Assembly: GCA_964016885.1 (NCBI GenBank)
Contig: OZ024742.1
Coordinates: forward strand, 62,062,001 to 62,126,000
Direction: 5' to 3'
Source: Eledone cirrhosa
Lineage: Eukaryota
DNA: 64,000 nucleotides
Below the pieces are notes generated by a model. That model was given only the letters and a program-made list of their open reading frames with translations. It ran no database searches and was not told the DNA's origin. Both the position numbers and the translations under genes were made by a program. This document shows positions 25,897-39,599 of the stretch, in pieces. The stretch's first letter is position 1, and each line of letters begins with the position of its first letter.

Positions 25897-28139
25897 CATT
25901 CCTCATCACACCTGTAATTTGTCCATTTTGATTTATCTATTTATTAATTTTATTATAACTTCACTTCAGATATGCTTGTGAAGCTCATCATAGGAATAGT
26001 AGGGAGTGAGCGACAGTTTAGAGAACCGAAGGTGTATGATCTCTTTTGGTCGAGATAGTCCCTTCTCGGTTTTGAAATAAGGGGATGCTCGTGCAGTAGA
26101 ATTTAGAACATCATCTTCATAGGAAGGAACTGCGCCTTCTCCAGGGCCGTAGAGGGACAGAGAATCACAGGCTCCAACAGTAGAGTTGTACTACCATGTT
26201 TTCTATTAGCAAAAATACTGTGAGGATTTACCAGGACTCATAGGCGCAGTACCCCACTGTCCTCTTTCCGTTCACCTGATGATTAGTTCCTCCGCTAGAC
26301 AAACAAGTACTGAAACTGTTTATCGGTGTTCACTTCTCAGCACAACTACCATTCACATAACACCGACTCCTCTGGTAGTAGATAGGTTAGCTGCTAATAT
26401 ATAGAATAAGCAATCCAGAGCTAAATCCCGGATTGTATTTTGGCAGCCATCCGTGCAGGGTTACGCAAATAAATTATTATAATATACATGATAATTACCA
26501 CAAGATATTTCATAAAACATGGAAAACATTTAGTATTAAGACTGGTGGGAATCCATCAGTTAATTCGAGTCAGAGCCCTCTACATTTCTGCTCGCCCACT
26601 ATACGTTCTTTCTAGGATCAGAAATATTTATCTTTTTCTTCCCCTTTCTCCGGATTTCTACAATGAAACTAATGAAATCTCGATTATGTCTCTAATATGT
26701 TTCCATACTTACAAATAATGAACGTCAATTTTCAAAACGTTTTGCCATCACTAAATATATTCAGGGGGAGATAACTTTTGGCGCCAATTAGAAATATTTC
26801 ATAAAAACATTTACGACACTTTGTAACCGAGGATTGTTTACGTGTATGTATATTTCTTGGGTATCATTGATTTCATTTTTTTTCCTTTCCCTTTTCTCTT
26901 TTTATTTGTATGATGAATGTTATGTTGACAAAATAAAGAAACTTCTATATAAACATAAAAAAAGTTACTAAAATGTTTTCTTAATTGGTTCGATTCACTG
27001 ATGTAAAAGTCGGCCCTAGTCTTCCTCGAACAACAGATGAACATTTTTTGAATCAAGGTTTTATCCTGAATTTAAATAGTACTATAATGATATTCATTTT
27101 ATTAAGTTTTGTGCTGATGTACGCAGCTTACCTCAAAAACTATTATAGCGAGACTCCAGTGCCCTGTGTGTTGTGTGACCGATCAACATAGATTACTTAG
27201 TGTTGAATTAATATTTTCTTTCGTTTTGATTTTTATATTTCTTAGAAAATATATATGTATAGAATCGAATTATAAATGGAGGTATTGACTTTAGTCATAT
27301 ATGAATATATGGATAAGCTGAAGACGTGTCTAAAATACATGTTGATTTGACGGATATCTTTGGTTAATGATTTTCTCTAATCATATATATTGAACTTAAT
27401 ATAACTAATTTTGCTTCCTGCGTTTTGTTTCGTTTCATTTATTAACACATACATACGCACACAAATATATTACATATATAAAAGCTACGTGATTTTATGT
27501 GTTTTAGTAGTACGAATTGTGTTTTGATGTATGGAAATATCGGATTTATTACTGTAATTCATCTTCAGTCCGTTTGTTTATTGATGTAGTATTTTGCAAT
27601 GTAGTATGAATTTCAGCCCCCCCCCCCCCCCCCCAAAAGTAATATTTATGTAGTAATTGACCCCTAAATTCAAACTTTAGAAACTCGACTTTCACATCAG
27701 TTGACACCGTATATATCAGTATGGGAGCGCATGCAACGCAGAGTTGGTGGGATTTCAAAATGATGTTAATGAGAACCAACCTAAGGTTTTACTTTATTAC
27801 TTTTACACGAAGTCAACTTTAGTACACATTACTAAGACAGCCGTGTCTTATCTTCAAACATCTGGCACCACCTATACGACAATTTGTTTACACTTTACAA
27901 TTGATCATCGCTGTTTTCATATCGGAGGCAGGGGGGATAACAATTTTTGAGATGTTGAGGTGGGGCATAGTGCACAAATGATATACATGGAAGCTTGACT
28001 TTCGTTAGAATTCCCTCGTCGGCTGTATGAATATATGTCTGCTTCTCGTTACCGAATGGTTCGATAACACGAGATTGATAAAATATGTAGCCTACAAGGT
28101 TTGAGAAGTAAATAATGGGACTGGAGTGATATGATCGAT

Positions 28140-28645
28140 TAATTCCCAGTTACCTCTATTAGGCGAGCCGCCAGTGAGGAGAGGAACCTCGCAGTCAGCC
28201 CCCCCCCCCCCCCCCCCCCCAAACATCTCGAAAGCCACAGGCTGAAAAATGTAGCTGGCCGACAGATCAGAGTATTTGAGGGTCTTACTCCGCTCGGCTG
28301 CAGAAGCTGTGGCTCTCGTCCTAACCGCAACATCCAGGATGTGGGAAAGAGCAAAAAGGTCACTAACAGTGACGTCCCAGACAAGGCACCTGCCTCTCGA
28401 CCAGGTGCACAGGATAAGGCCGTCACTTCTGGACAACCGAAATGGTTCCAAGACTGAGAGGATATTCGCCCAGGCCAAAGCTCTCTTCAGAATGAGGTTT
28501 AGCTTCGTGTGACGCCAATAGCGGCCGGCATTCAGGCGGCAAGAAAGACTGGAGTCGAGGAGTTTGCCGCACCGGCACCTCAAACCCATGCAGACGTCAG
28601 CTCCCACTCTGAGGGCGGTGGAGACACGAAGTTCGTCCAGGCTAT
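28140..28645 (-). mobile_element. CRE-type non-LTR retrotransposon 3' fragment (Zn knuckle + restriction-like endonuclease)
   Basis: LRVGADVC..CRCG..LSC..GRYWRH..LN, VLEP, WSRGRCLVWDVTV, AAERSKTLKY and FQPVAFE. Confidence 0.75.
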
Positions 28646-29444
28646 ATACCAGAATTTGACTTGTCAAACGAACCGTAACCCTAATCCTGACCCTCATATA
28701 TAGCGATTATTTGGATGGTTGAGTTGGTAGTTGATTGTCTTGTGGTGTTGATTCGTTTGTTGCGTGTGTGCTCACTTGTAGCTTGCTGTGTCGTGATGCA
28801 GTGTGACCAGAGGTTGCATGTGTGCAGGTAAGTAATGTTCATTAAGATGATATGATAGTTCCTTGAACACGCAGAAAATGAATATATGTAAATGAACCAT
28901 GATAACACCAAACTGCTATATTATTAATTTATTGAAAATAGCTCACGCTAAAGCATTACGAAAAATACACAATAATTATGTACGTTATTTATTTGTTTGT
29001 AAAAGTAGAGTTAAAGTTGTATTTACCAAGAAAACTTCACTGGCTTGGTTAAGAGAGACCAAGAGATAGAGATTGAGTGAAAGAGAAAGTAAGAGTCTGT
29101 GAGACCTAAGAGGTCTGTAGAAAGCAATAGTTCACATGTTTTCTCTATCAAGATCAGCTTTGAACTGCTGCCGGCTCGATCTAAGGTAGGCTATTTATCT
29201 CTGTCGCTTCCTCTGTCCCCAAGCTTTGAGAACAAAGGGCTGACCTCTAGAGGTCGTCCACTCTCAGATGTGTTGATGCCCAAAAGGAGATAACCCAGAA
29301 AATGACCGTTAAATGTCACCCAGGGGTCAAGGTGTGGACAGATTTCGCTACATATAAAGGTTAGCATTTGAGTTAATATTTTGTTTGATTCACCAGATTC
29401 ATTTCGCATACTCTACTCTACTCTCTATTCTCTCTCTCTCTCTC

Positions 29445-29493
<49 letters not shown>

Positions 29494-30030
29494 ATGTAAA
29501 AGGTAAACAGAAATAAGACAATTGGTACAGTATATGGAAGGTATATATTAGGTTAACGCTTGATATAGCAGGAAGAAGGTCTTAACGTTCTGGACGCTAC
29601 TTCTCCACCAGAAGAAAGAATGAGAAATAAAATAGATTGAGGGGACGGGCGGGGTGGAATTGGAATAAAATGTCTTTAGATAAAAATAACAGGTCCATTC
29701 ATGTTGACATCATATATAGATATTTAAATTATATATATAATTTAAACAAATGTGTATTTTGAAGCAATGAGCAAAATTTGAAATTTATGAGAAAGTTAAA
29801 TAGCTCATCAAATTTTTTCCATTATAGATAAATAAATAAGAGGGCATATAAGCTAGCTTAATGAAAAAAAGTGCACCTGTGCTAATGTTCATTTTTTCTT
29901 TGGAGGGGGCTTATATGACCAATTATTTAGACTTTGTCTATAGTCAAAATAGTCTATGATGCTTCTAACTTTTTCCTATGTATATAAACGTGAACCCTCT
30001 GTTTTATTTATCAGCTGCTGATTAGCCAAA

Positions 30031-30154
30031 ATGGAATCGATTGGCTTGGAGATGGATGATATATTTGGAGCTATTGAAGAACGAGAAGCTGAAAATGAGG
30101 ACTTAGGAGCTGTACAGAATAATGATGAGGAACAGACTGCTAATGGAGAAGATG
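30031..30154 (+). CDS. TIPIN: TIPIN (TIMELESS-interacting protein, Csm3/Swi3 family) coding exon 1
   Basis: Acceptor tttatttatcag ends at 30014, then a short 5'UTR and ccaaaATGG at 30031. Encodes acidic MESIGLEMDDIFGAIEEREAENEDLGAVQNNDEEQTANGED. Donor G|gtaatt is phase 1, matching the next exon. The acidic N-terminus is typical of TIPIN but is not diagnostic alone. Confidence 0.75.
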
Positions 30155-30839
30155 GTAATTAAAGAATACATCATTTTATATTCGTTTTTCACTATATGTA
30201 TATGATTGTCTTAATTTCAATGTTGATTGATAGTCAGTAATCAGGCTTAAGCATTCCATGAGAGTTGTGCCTATCTATTTAAGTAAGATCTGGGATCATA
30301 GAGACTATGTTAATAAATATGAAGACATAGTTGTACCTTTTCACACATCAATTTATTGAATAACAATCGTTATGTACATTTCAAAGGCGCCAGACAATTG
30401 TTACATAAGAATTATATAACTCAAAAGCATTTTTCTTACGTAAACATTTTTTTTTTTTTTAGCTTAGTGAATTACAAATATTTCACAGATGGGTGGCTCA
30501 GGATCCATATTAGTGTTATCGACCCGACTCCAGCCCCAATCTGCTCATCACACTTGTTAATCAAGCAAAACCAGATATCTTAGATGAGATTATAACACTT
30601 ATATGGATCTTGAGTCACCATCTGCAAAGTTTGTAACTGCATTTAATCAATAAAACCTTAATGTGAAACCTTGTTTTGTTCTTAATAAATATATTCTGCC
30701 AAAGTGTAGAGTGCTAATATTGATACCTTCCTCAGTAAACCACAAATTTACTGGATCACCTAATATGTATCATCATCATATATATATATATATATATATG
30801 AAGCATATAGACAATATGCCCCCCCCCCCCCCCCCCCCC

Positions 30840-31115
30840 CACTGCAAAGTGGTCGTGGAGGTACCGCGGCAAAAAAGCACCCAGCCCACACTTTAAAGTG
30901 GACGTGTAGGTGCCACGGAAAAAAAACATCCAGCACTCACTGTAAATGAGGTTGGTGTTAGGAAGGGCATCCAGCTGTAGAAATCAAGCCAGAATCAGTT
31001 CCAGTATGAGCAAGACAAGGTCAGCCGACTGGACACTGCCCACAACAGGACAACCCATCTAACCCATGCTAGTGTGGAAGAACGGACGTAAAATGATGAT
31101 GATGATGATGATGAT
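30840..31115 (+). mobile_element. SINE family A / RTE 3' tail fragment
   Basis: cactgtaaatgaggttggtgttaggaagggcatccagctgtagaaa ... (GAT)n. Confidence 0.75.
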
Positions 31116-31132
31116 ATATATGTATATATATA

Positions 31133-31288
31133 CCGTATTTCATGGCGCCGATGATGCTTCGTCCTTGAGGACACACCCTAATTTTGACAACCAAAAATTT
31201 GAAAAAAAATAATAGACAACTTTTAGCCTCCAGGAAGCATGGTAGATTTGTGAGACTTATTTTAGGAAAAAAGTACCGGAAAATACGG
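31133..31288. mobile_element. Tc1/mariner-pogo-type MITE
   Basis: TIRs ccgtattt ... aaatacgg flanked by TA on both sides. Confidence 0.7.
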
Positions 31289-31821
31289 TATATACAATGT
31301 GGTCTACCTTTCACGGTAGGCTCTATACCGTAGTTAGAACTCAATGTAATCCGTTAGAATGTAGTTCAGTGAGTTCCTGTGATTGGTCCGTTGGATATTA
31401 GGTACGAAAATCATAGGTTTGTATTTCGCTGAGTCAATCTTTTAGATACAATGTCCGATTGTATACAGTTCTGTAACTGCTATAGATCAGTAAATATATC
31501 AATATGATCAACCTTCCAAAACAATTGTAAAATAATGAATGTACAATAACTTGCCTTTGTTATCATTGTTAAAAAAACTAATATGTAATATATATATATG
31601 TTGTATATACTCATATAAAAGTCAAATTTTTTAGACCGTCTTTTAAAGGTTAAATTTATGGGGTTGACTATTATATGGATACTAATTTTGGGGGGCTTGA
31701 AATTTAAGCTAAAATCCAAAGTACCATAGTAGCAGAAACCCAATTGATCTCTAAATGAATAAAAACAAAAAAAATGAATTACAGTAATATTACCGATTCT
31801 ATGCATCAAGACATAGAGACA

Positions 31822-34203
31822 ATCACTTGATCACCTATAGATCAGGGGAACACGCCAGTCAGATAGATTGTATCCTTACCAGAAGACGTGATAGAGTGTC
31901 TGTTCTAAACACTAAATCCCTCCCCCATGAAGAATGCACCTCCCAACATAAACTCATAGTCAGGACAAGATGTACTCGACAACAGAGGAGGACTATCCTC
32001 AGGAGAAAAATATGGAAGCTGAAGGACCCCACAGCCAGTAATAAATTTAAAAGCATATTACTTGATGCTTTTGACAGTAAGGAAGAGCAATTAGAGTCAT
32101 ACAATATAGAGGAACAGTGGGAATTCCTGAAAGCTAATCTGCTGAAGGCGGCAGATGAAGTCTGTGGCTGGAGCAGACCTATAGGCAGGAGGAGAGTAAC
32201 GTGGTGGTGGAACAGTAAGGTGGAGCAGTCAATTAAGGCCAAAAAGCAGGCTTGGAAAGTATGGCGGGATGGGGAAAGTAGACTATCAAGTGGCCAGGAG
32301 GGAAGCTAGGAGACAAATGTACTTTACAAGAAGGGAAGCAGAGGAAAGAAAGTTCAAGCATGTTCTACAACGCAAGGTGTTCAGGATTGCTAGGCAATGT
32401 GTCAAGGAAAACCGTGATATTGTCGGGGAGAAGTGTGTCTTTAATGTTGATGGTGTACTTGCCATCACTGACGCTGATAAGAAGGTAGCTGGGAAGTGTC
32501 ACTATGAAAGGCTACTAAATGAGGAGAATAAATGGGAGAAAGATAGTCTCCCCCATATCGATCCAATAGAGGGACTAGCAGTGCTAGTTGAAGGTAGTAT
32601 AATAAGTAAGGCAATCAAAGATATGAAGACGGGTAAGGCGGCTGAGCCTTCGGAAATAGTTGATGAAATGCTGAAAGCATCTGGAATGGTGGGACACACT
32701 ATGGTCACCCGGATAGTAAACCAAGTCATACAGAATGGGGTCGTTCTGAAGGACTGGCGTAGCAGCATCATCATTAACTGCTACAAGGGTAAAGGAGATG
32801 CCCTAGATAGGGGTAACTATAGAGGCATTAAATTAATCGACCAGGTCATGAAGGTCACAGAAAAAGTAATAGCGCAACTAATCAGAGAGCGAATTGATCT
32901 AGATGAAATGCAGTTCGGGTTTGTGTCAGGTAAAAGTACCACAGACGCTCTTTTCATTGTACGGCAACAACAGGAGAAGTACCTAGCTAAAAGTAAACCC
33001 TTATACTTAGCTTTTGTTGACTTGGAGAAAGCCTTTGACAGAGTCCCCCACTCCATTATCTGGTGGGCTCTTAGAAAACTAGGTGTTGATAAATGGCTTG
33101 TGAGAGCTATACAAGCCATGTATAAAGAAACAGTCAGCAAGGTTAGAATTAACAACGAATATAGTGAAGAGTTTAGCGTAAAAGTTGGTGTTCATCAGGG
33201 CTCCGTTCTTAGCCCCCTACTATTTATTATTGGCCTTCAGGCTATAACAGAGGAGTTCAAGATCGGCTGCCCATGGGAACTCCTATATGCAGATGATCTA
33301 ACGCTCATAGCTGAATCAATGGCTGAACTAGAGAAGAAATTCCAAACATGGAAGCATGGCCTAAAATCAAAAGGCCTTAAAATTAACCTGTCTAGTTTGT
33401 AGGAAGGAAAATAGGGCACCAGTCCCATCTGGGAAATGGCCATGCTCAGTGTGTAGGAAAGGAGTAGGCAGAAACTCCATTTTATGTCCCAAATTCAAAG
33501 TATGGGTGCATAAAAGATGTGGGATCACAGGTAAGCTAACTAAGAATATAGATTTTATATGTGGCCGGTGCTCTGCTGCAATAAGTAACAGCAAGTGCCC
33601 ACAGAATAGTGCCCACAGAATACTATCTCATTCCATTGCACAGATGGTTCTATAGAAATAGTGGACACCTTCCGTTAACTGGATGACAAAATCAGCAGTG
33701 GTGAAGGGTGCTCTGAAAGTACAGTACCTAGAGTCAGAACGGGATGGAAAAAGTTCAGAGAACTTATACCACTATTGGCCGCTAAAGGGTTCTCTCAAAA
33801 AATGAAAGGCAGGCTGTATGATGCCTGCATACGAACAGCAATGTTACATGGCAGTGAGACTACATGCCACTACACCCACCCCATCCACACCACCCCTTTC
33901 AATGTAAAGTTATGTTGGTACCACAACATCCAGTCCGAAACAAATGAGGTCGTGTAGGTGTCACGACAAAAAAAACACACAGTCCACGCTGTAATGTGGC
34001 CGTGTAGGTAACACGGTAAAAACCTCCCAGTCCACACTGTAAACGTGGTTGGTTTTAGGAAGGGCATCCAGCCGTAGAAAACCCACCAGACAGTCCTATA
34101 TGAGCAAGACAACCAATCTTTCCTCAAGTGGGAAAATTCCCGTCCAAACCCATGCAAGCGTGGAAGATGGACGTTAAACGATGATGATGATGATGATGAT
34201 GAA
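31822..34203 (+). mobile_element. RTE-clade LINE, truncated/decayed (APE end, RT, PHD finger)
   Basis: SQIDCIL..H, NYRGIKL, QFGF, FVDLEKAFD, GVHQGSVLSP and YADD, with a (GAT)n tail. Lies in TIPIN intron 1. Confidence 0.93.
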
Positions 34204-35484
34204 AGCTGTGTAGCTCTTATAAATATTTACTGTTGCTATTTTACTTGTATGATCACACTTAACAGACTAGCTTAATGCAATCAATTTATATTTCATGATT
34301 ACTGTATGGGTATATATCTATTGGTATGCCACTGCTATAAGGCAGGCACATGTTTGGGTAAATTTTTAGTGTCAGATATGTGTTTGCAATAACATAAATT
34401 TACTTTAAATTTCTTACGATTTTGTAACTGTTATTTTTACACAGAGGATGACCCACGAATATTGACCTGTTATCCGTGAAATACTAGCGTCGATTTTTAT
34501 ACAAGGTCTATGGAAAATTTCAGATTTTTTTGCCCAAAATAGGGGGTCAACTTTTACATGAGATTGACAAAAACGTGGTCGTCTGACATACAGCAGATGT
34601 GTTGTCTGCCAACAAAGTGTTAGGAGGATCCTTCAGTTATGTCAAAGACATGACAACCTCTCTAGTTCTGGTGCCATGTTAAAATGCACTTATGAGTCTG
34701 CACTGAAATACATTGAAAATAAAAGGTCCTCCTTTGTGTTGCTGCTATCGCTTCGTCTGGGATGGTTAGGTTGGCCCAAGATTTTTCATGCTTAATTAGC
34801 CTCCATGCTTGAGCCAACTGTTGCTCCTTGCCCATATTATTTACTTGGTAAAATTTTATTGTTTTTGCAGCTGCAGAAGTGTTGTTGTTGTTCACATTGT
34901 TGTTACTGCTGTGACAGTTGCTCTTGTTGTTGATGTTGTTGTCACTGTTGCAGTTGTTGTTTTCGTTGTTGCAGTTAATGTTCTTGTTTTTAATTACATT
35001 GGAATTGTTATTACCATTGTTTTCTTTATTTGTTTTATTGTTGTTGATGTTGCTGTCTTTCATGTTTGTGGTGGTATGATAATTTCATTTTTTTTTGCAT
35101 GTTGTTTCTAATTGTTTTTTGTTTATCCATACTTGTGTTTTTGTCCCGCCTCTCAACTTTCAAGTCACTGTCACAGATTTAGTCTTGTCCATTTTTATTT
35201 CTAAAAGGCAAAAAATACAAAGTTGGTCTTCCTCTACTACAACTTCCCTCCATTTGGAACTCCCATAACTTCCATATCATCCATATATTTTATATGACTA
35301 TACCTGTGCATTTTCCTCTTTTGTACACCTGATTTGTCTTATACCCAGTTTTACTCTCAGTTTGTCTCTGCTTCATAGTTTATGTACACTAGCATTATAC
35401 ATCCAATGGAGTATGCTCACTTCACTTTAACAAACTGTTTTAGTGAGGAAAAAATGTTATTTTTTTTTTTCTATCTATTTCTAG

Positions 35485-35578
35485 AAAATACATTTGATGC
35501 CGGAATTAATAAGAAACTTGCAAAAGGTGCTGCTAAGAAAGTTGTGCGCAACCCTCAACCTAAACTTGATGATGTTCG
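35485..35578 (+). CDS. TIPIN: TIPIN coding exon 2
   Basis: Acceptor tttctag, donor CG|gtaaat (phase 1 to 2). Encodes ENTFDAGINKKLAKGAAKKVVRNPQPKLDDVR, matching the PKLD start of the Swi3 domain. Confidence 0.9.
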
Positions 35579-36334
35579 GTAAATTTATACAAAAAGTTTT
35601 TTTCTCCAACACTTCAAAAATGTTAATTATATGTGTGAAATCTGTCTGTCTCTCTATCGCAGCTATGACATCATAGTATCCTTTCAAAGAAGTTGTTTTT
35701 GTTTGTTAAATGTGTTTGTGTTGAAAATAAATATAAAGAAAAGAAATATTCTACAACTACCACCACCACCACTGCAAAAACTAGACAATTCTAAATACAG
35801 AATGATCACAGCTGGTTGGAGGAACACCTTTGATCATATGTTTGCTTGGGGCTAAACAACTACAACAACACAGAGAACAATTAGAATATTCTAAGAGCAT
35901 AGTGAAGGCATGTGTACCTTGTAGCTGGAGTGTTGAACTCATGATCATAAGGTTGTGATTTCAATTCCTGCACTAGGTGGTGCATTGTGTTCTTGAGCAA
36001 GATGCTTCTTTTCATGTTGCTTTTCATGATAGGATTGGGGCCCCCTTCATTAAAAGACTCCAGAAACCTATGAGATACAGTTACATAGGAGGCATGACAG
36101 GACTGGAGCCTCTATCATTAAAATACCCAAGATGGAATGCAACCTTGTAGTAGACCAGCTAAACCCACATGGGTATGAGCTGTAAAAACAATATGATAGG
36201 ACGGGGGCTCTCTATCATTAAAACTCCCAAGAAATTTCCTGTAGAATGCAAACTCATGGGAAGCATAAACCTGCATAAGTATGAGCTGTAAATCTTATTT
36301 TTTCATGTTAAGGGTAAATGTTTTGTCTTAAAAG

Positions 36335-36410
36335 GTTGACTGGTGAAAGAGGAATTGCTGTCTTACCAAAAATCTTCCAGGATGTGAAATTTAGAGGTAA
36401 TGGTCACGAG
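36335..36410 (+). CDS. TIPIN: TIPIN coding exon 3
   Basis: Acceptor aaag, donor GAG|gtaaat. Encodes (R)LTGERGIAVLPKIFQDVKFRGNGHE, matching the TIPIN RL..ERG...F...KFKGKGHE pattern. Confidence 0.92.
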
Positions 36411-37074
36411 GTAAATGTTGTTTTATTTCTCTTTCCTGCTGCTATGAAACCCAATAATTATGTAAATTTGTTGGTGATAAGAGGGGCATCTAGCTGTAGA
36501 AATCTATCCAATTAACAGGTTGGGAGGACCTGTCAATTGTGTCAAAGATATGACAACCTTTTGAGTGCTGGTGCCACAATAAAATGCACTTGGTAGAATT
36601 TTAGATAGTATGTAAGCAAGATGCTGGCCCCCAGCTCATCTGTCAGGTTAGTAGCTCTGCTTCAATACTGACTCGGTCTGTGAAGACCTGTCTAACCCTT
36701 GCTAGCAGGGAAAGTAGACATTAAATGATGATGAAAATGGAGCAGCTAGTTTACTAACCACTGAAAGGTTGAGTGGACCATTTAGTCATGTTGAGGACAA
36801 CAACTTCACTAGTGCTGGGGTCACTATATAAATGTACCCAGTACACTTTAACATTTCTCAGAGTGTACTAGGTGCTGGTGTCACAATGAAATGTAAAATA
36901 GTAGTGCTAGTGTCAGGATAAAATATATTCAATACACCCTGTAATGTGATAGTTTTGGTGTCACAATAAAATGCACCCAGTACACTCTGTAAAGTGGTTG
37001 ACATTAGAGGAAAGGCATCCAGTTGTAGAAACCATGACAACCCATGCCAGCATGGAAAGTGATGATGATGGCGG

Positions 37075-38245
37075 AATCATTGGAATGTTGTACAAAATGA
37101 TTTCCAGTATTTGTTCTGGCTCTTCAAATTCCACTAAAGTCAAGTTTGTTACCATCCAACTAGAGTTAATAAAATAAATACCAGTAAAATAGTGGAGTCG
37201 ATTTAATTGAACCCTTCCCTCAAATTGCTAGCTTTGTGTCTAAAGTAAAAACCATTATTAAGGAAGGGCTATGAATTGGGAAAATTGAACAAAATACTTT
37301 CTTGTGGTATTTAGTTACAGATTTTTACATTCTGAGTTCAAATCCCATTGAGGTCAATTTTGCCTTTCACCCTTCTGGGTTCAATAAAATAAAGTACCAG
37401 TAAAGTACTGGAGTAAATTTAATTGACTTTCCCCTTCTCCCTAAATTACTAGTCTCGTCTAAATTATTGTCAGAATTAGAAGTGTGTCAAGTAGAATGCT
37501 ATTGTGATGTTTATTCTGGTTCTTTACATTCTCAGTTAAAATCCATCAGATATCAATCTTGTCTTTCATCCTTCCAGGATTGATAGAATAAAGTACCAGT
37601 AATCCAATGGGGTTGATTTAATCAACTTTGCCCTCTCATCAAAATGTGCTGGCCTTGCGCATGAATTAGACATGCAGTATCGGTAGAGGGTTGGACGCCA
37701 TGCTTTCTAGCATAGTTACGTCCCTTTACAGTCTGAGTTCAAATCCCGCTGAGGTTAACTTTGCCTTTCATCTTTATGGGGTCGATAAAATAAAGTACCA
37801 GTAATATACTGGGTAATTGCTGGCCTTGTGACTAAAGTTGAAACAATTATTATTATAAGGGCATTGGCAGTGTTGGTAGAAGGTCGGACGCCATGGTTTG
37901 ATGCATAGAGTTACGGCCCTTGCCATTCTGTGTTCAAATCCCGCCGAGGTTAACTTTGCCTTTCATCCTTACAGGGTAGATAAAATAAAGTACCAGTAAT
38001 GTACTGGGTAATTGCTGGCCTTGTGCCAAAAGTAGAAACAATTATTATTATAAGGGCAGTGGATTAGCAGTATCAGTAGAGGGTCATGAGGTGCTTTGCA
38101 GCATAGAATTACGGCCCTTTACAGTCTGAGTTCAAATCCCGCCGAGGTTAACTTTGCCTTTCATCCTTACGGGGTCGATAAAATAAAGTACCAGTAATGC
38201 ACTGGGATAATTGCTGGCCTTGTGCCAAAAGTAGAAACAATTTTT
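37075..38245 (+). mobile_element. Head-to-tail cluster of SINE family B copies
   Basis: About six repeats of gagttcaaatcccgccgaggttaactttgcctttcatccttacggggtcgataaaataaagtaccagt. The centre resembles the Sauria/Meta-SINE-type conserved box (from memory, not searched). Confidence 0.8.
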
Positions 38246-39599
38246 ATTTTTGTGTTGTTACTGCATTAGCGAGCACAGCTCAGTGTGCCTTGGGTATGAG
38301 CAGTGTTGTTATTTCTATTGTATTGAGAGTACCTTTCGTAGTATGTGTTCAGTGCCTAGTAGCTATTTTCTGTACGTTGTATATGTTTGTGATCTTGGGG
38401 TTTTTGGTTATGTATCTGTCTATTATTGTACTTCAGCGACACTTCATTCACATGTTCACGAGCAGTGGCAGGCCAGATCGAGAGATGGACTTCAGAGTCT
38501 ACCTTGACAGCCTGCCGTGGTAGAGTGTTGCTAAAAGCCAATAACAGCCAATGAAACATTTTCTTTATTAAATTGCTTGGAGTCTGGTTTGGCCCAGACC
38601 TCCAAAAAACTGGGACAAGGTAACAAGCAGGGTGGTCACTCTTACCCAGAAATGGCCCGAGAAGAAGCTGTCTCTGAAAGGTCATGCAGAAGTGGGGAAC
38701 ACATACATCGTGTCTGTTTTCTACTATTGCCTGATCATTGTGCCTTTTCTAACCCACGTCTGACTGCACTGGAACATTTGCTCTTTCTCTTTTTGTGGAA
38801 GGGATAGTTCCACTGGTCAGGTGGTTCATTTGCTGTCAACACCCGCTGCGTGGAGGACTGGGCATGCACTGAGGCTATGACTTCCCCAGCATTTTCTTGA
38901 CGGTGAACAGGTGTGGTCACCGTTTCCTAAACACGTTTTTTCCCCAGCTCATCTCCTTAATGGAGCTATGGTCCTTGGTCAAATAAAAATCGAGAGGGAG
39001 CACTTGGAAATTAGAATGTCTTCAAGTGCTTACAGCCTTGTGCCAATTGGACAGCATGATCAGTGGAAACTCTACCTTGGCTCTCTATAGAGGGTTAGTG
39101 GCGGGCAAAACCAATGACATTCTTGGGGAGACTCTAGGCATTGACCAAAATCAACTAGCCACTCTTTTCCAGAGGACTTTCAGTCCAAGGCCCATATATA
39201 ACTTCCAGAAATTCATGACCTGGCAGTGTTACTGGGGAGCATTGCCAGTTTGAGATAAACTCTACAAACATTAAAGTGACCCTCAGAGTCTCTTCCTCTA
39301 TTGAGGAATTTGTTTTGTTTGATATTTCAAATGTTTATTTTAGTTTTTGTTACAAATTTCTTACAAAAACCCACACTGTATTGTCCTGTGTCATCTTTAA
39401 TGTTTTCTTAATGTGAGGCCTGTGTGGCTAATAAAGAAATTATCATTATTATTATTTTCCTTGGATATCTGTATATTAACATACATCCCACCAGGCTTCA
39501 ACCAGGGACCTGGGGTGGTTGATGGTTGGTTATGACACATTTTTCAGCTCCATAGATAATTGATTATTACAAATGGGTAAAATGCACCCTTTTGTCCAT

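Noticed and set aside
26092-26351. Gypsy 3' LTR after a purine tract
   Set aside because: The position is plausible, but there is no second LTR in the window and the termini are ambiguous.
29570-29625. Possible decayed minus-strand hammerhead near a (TA)n tract
   Set aside because: Both core boxes deviate (CTGGTGGA, AGAA), which is too degenerate to call.
34662-35111. Asn-rich / Val-rich ORFs
   Set aside because: This is a (GTT)n-type simple repeat in TIPIN intron 1 with no splice or homology support.
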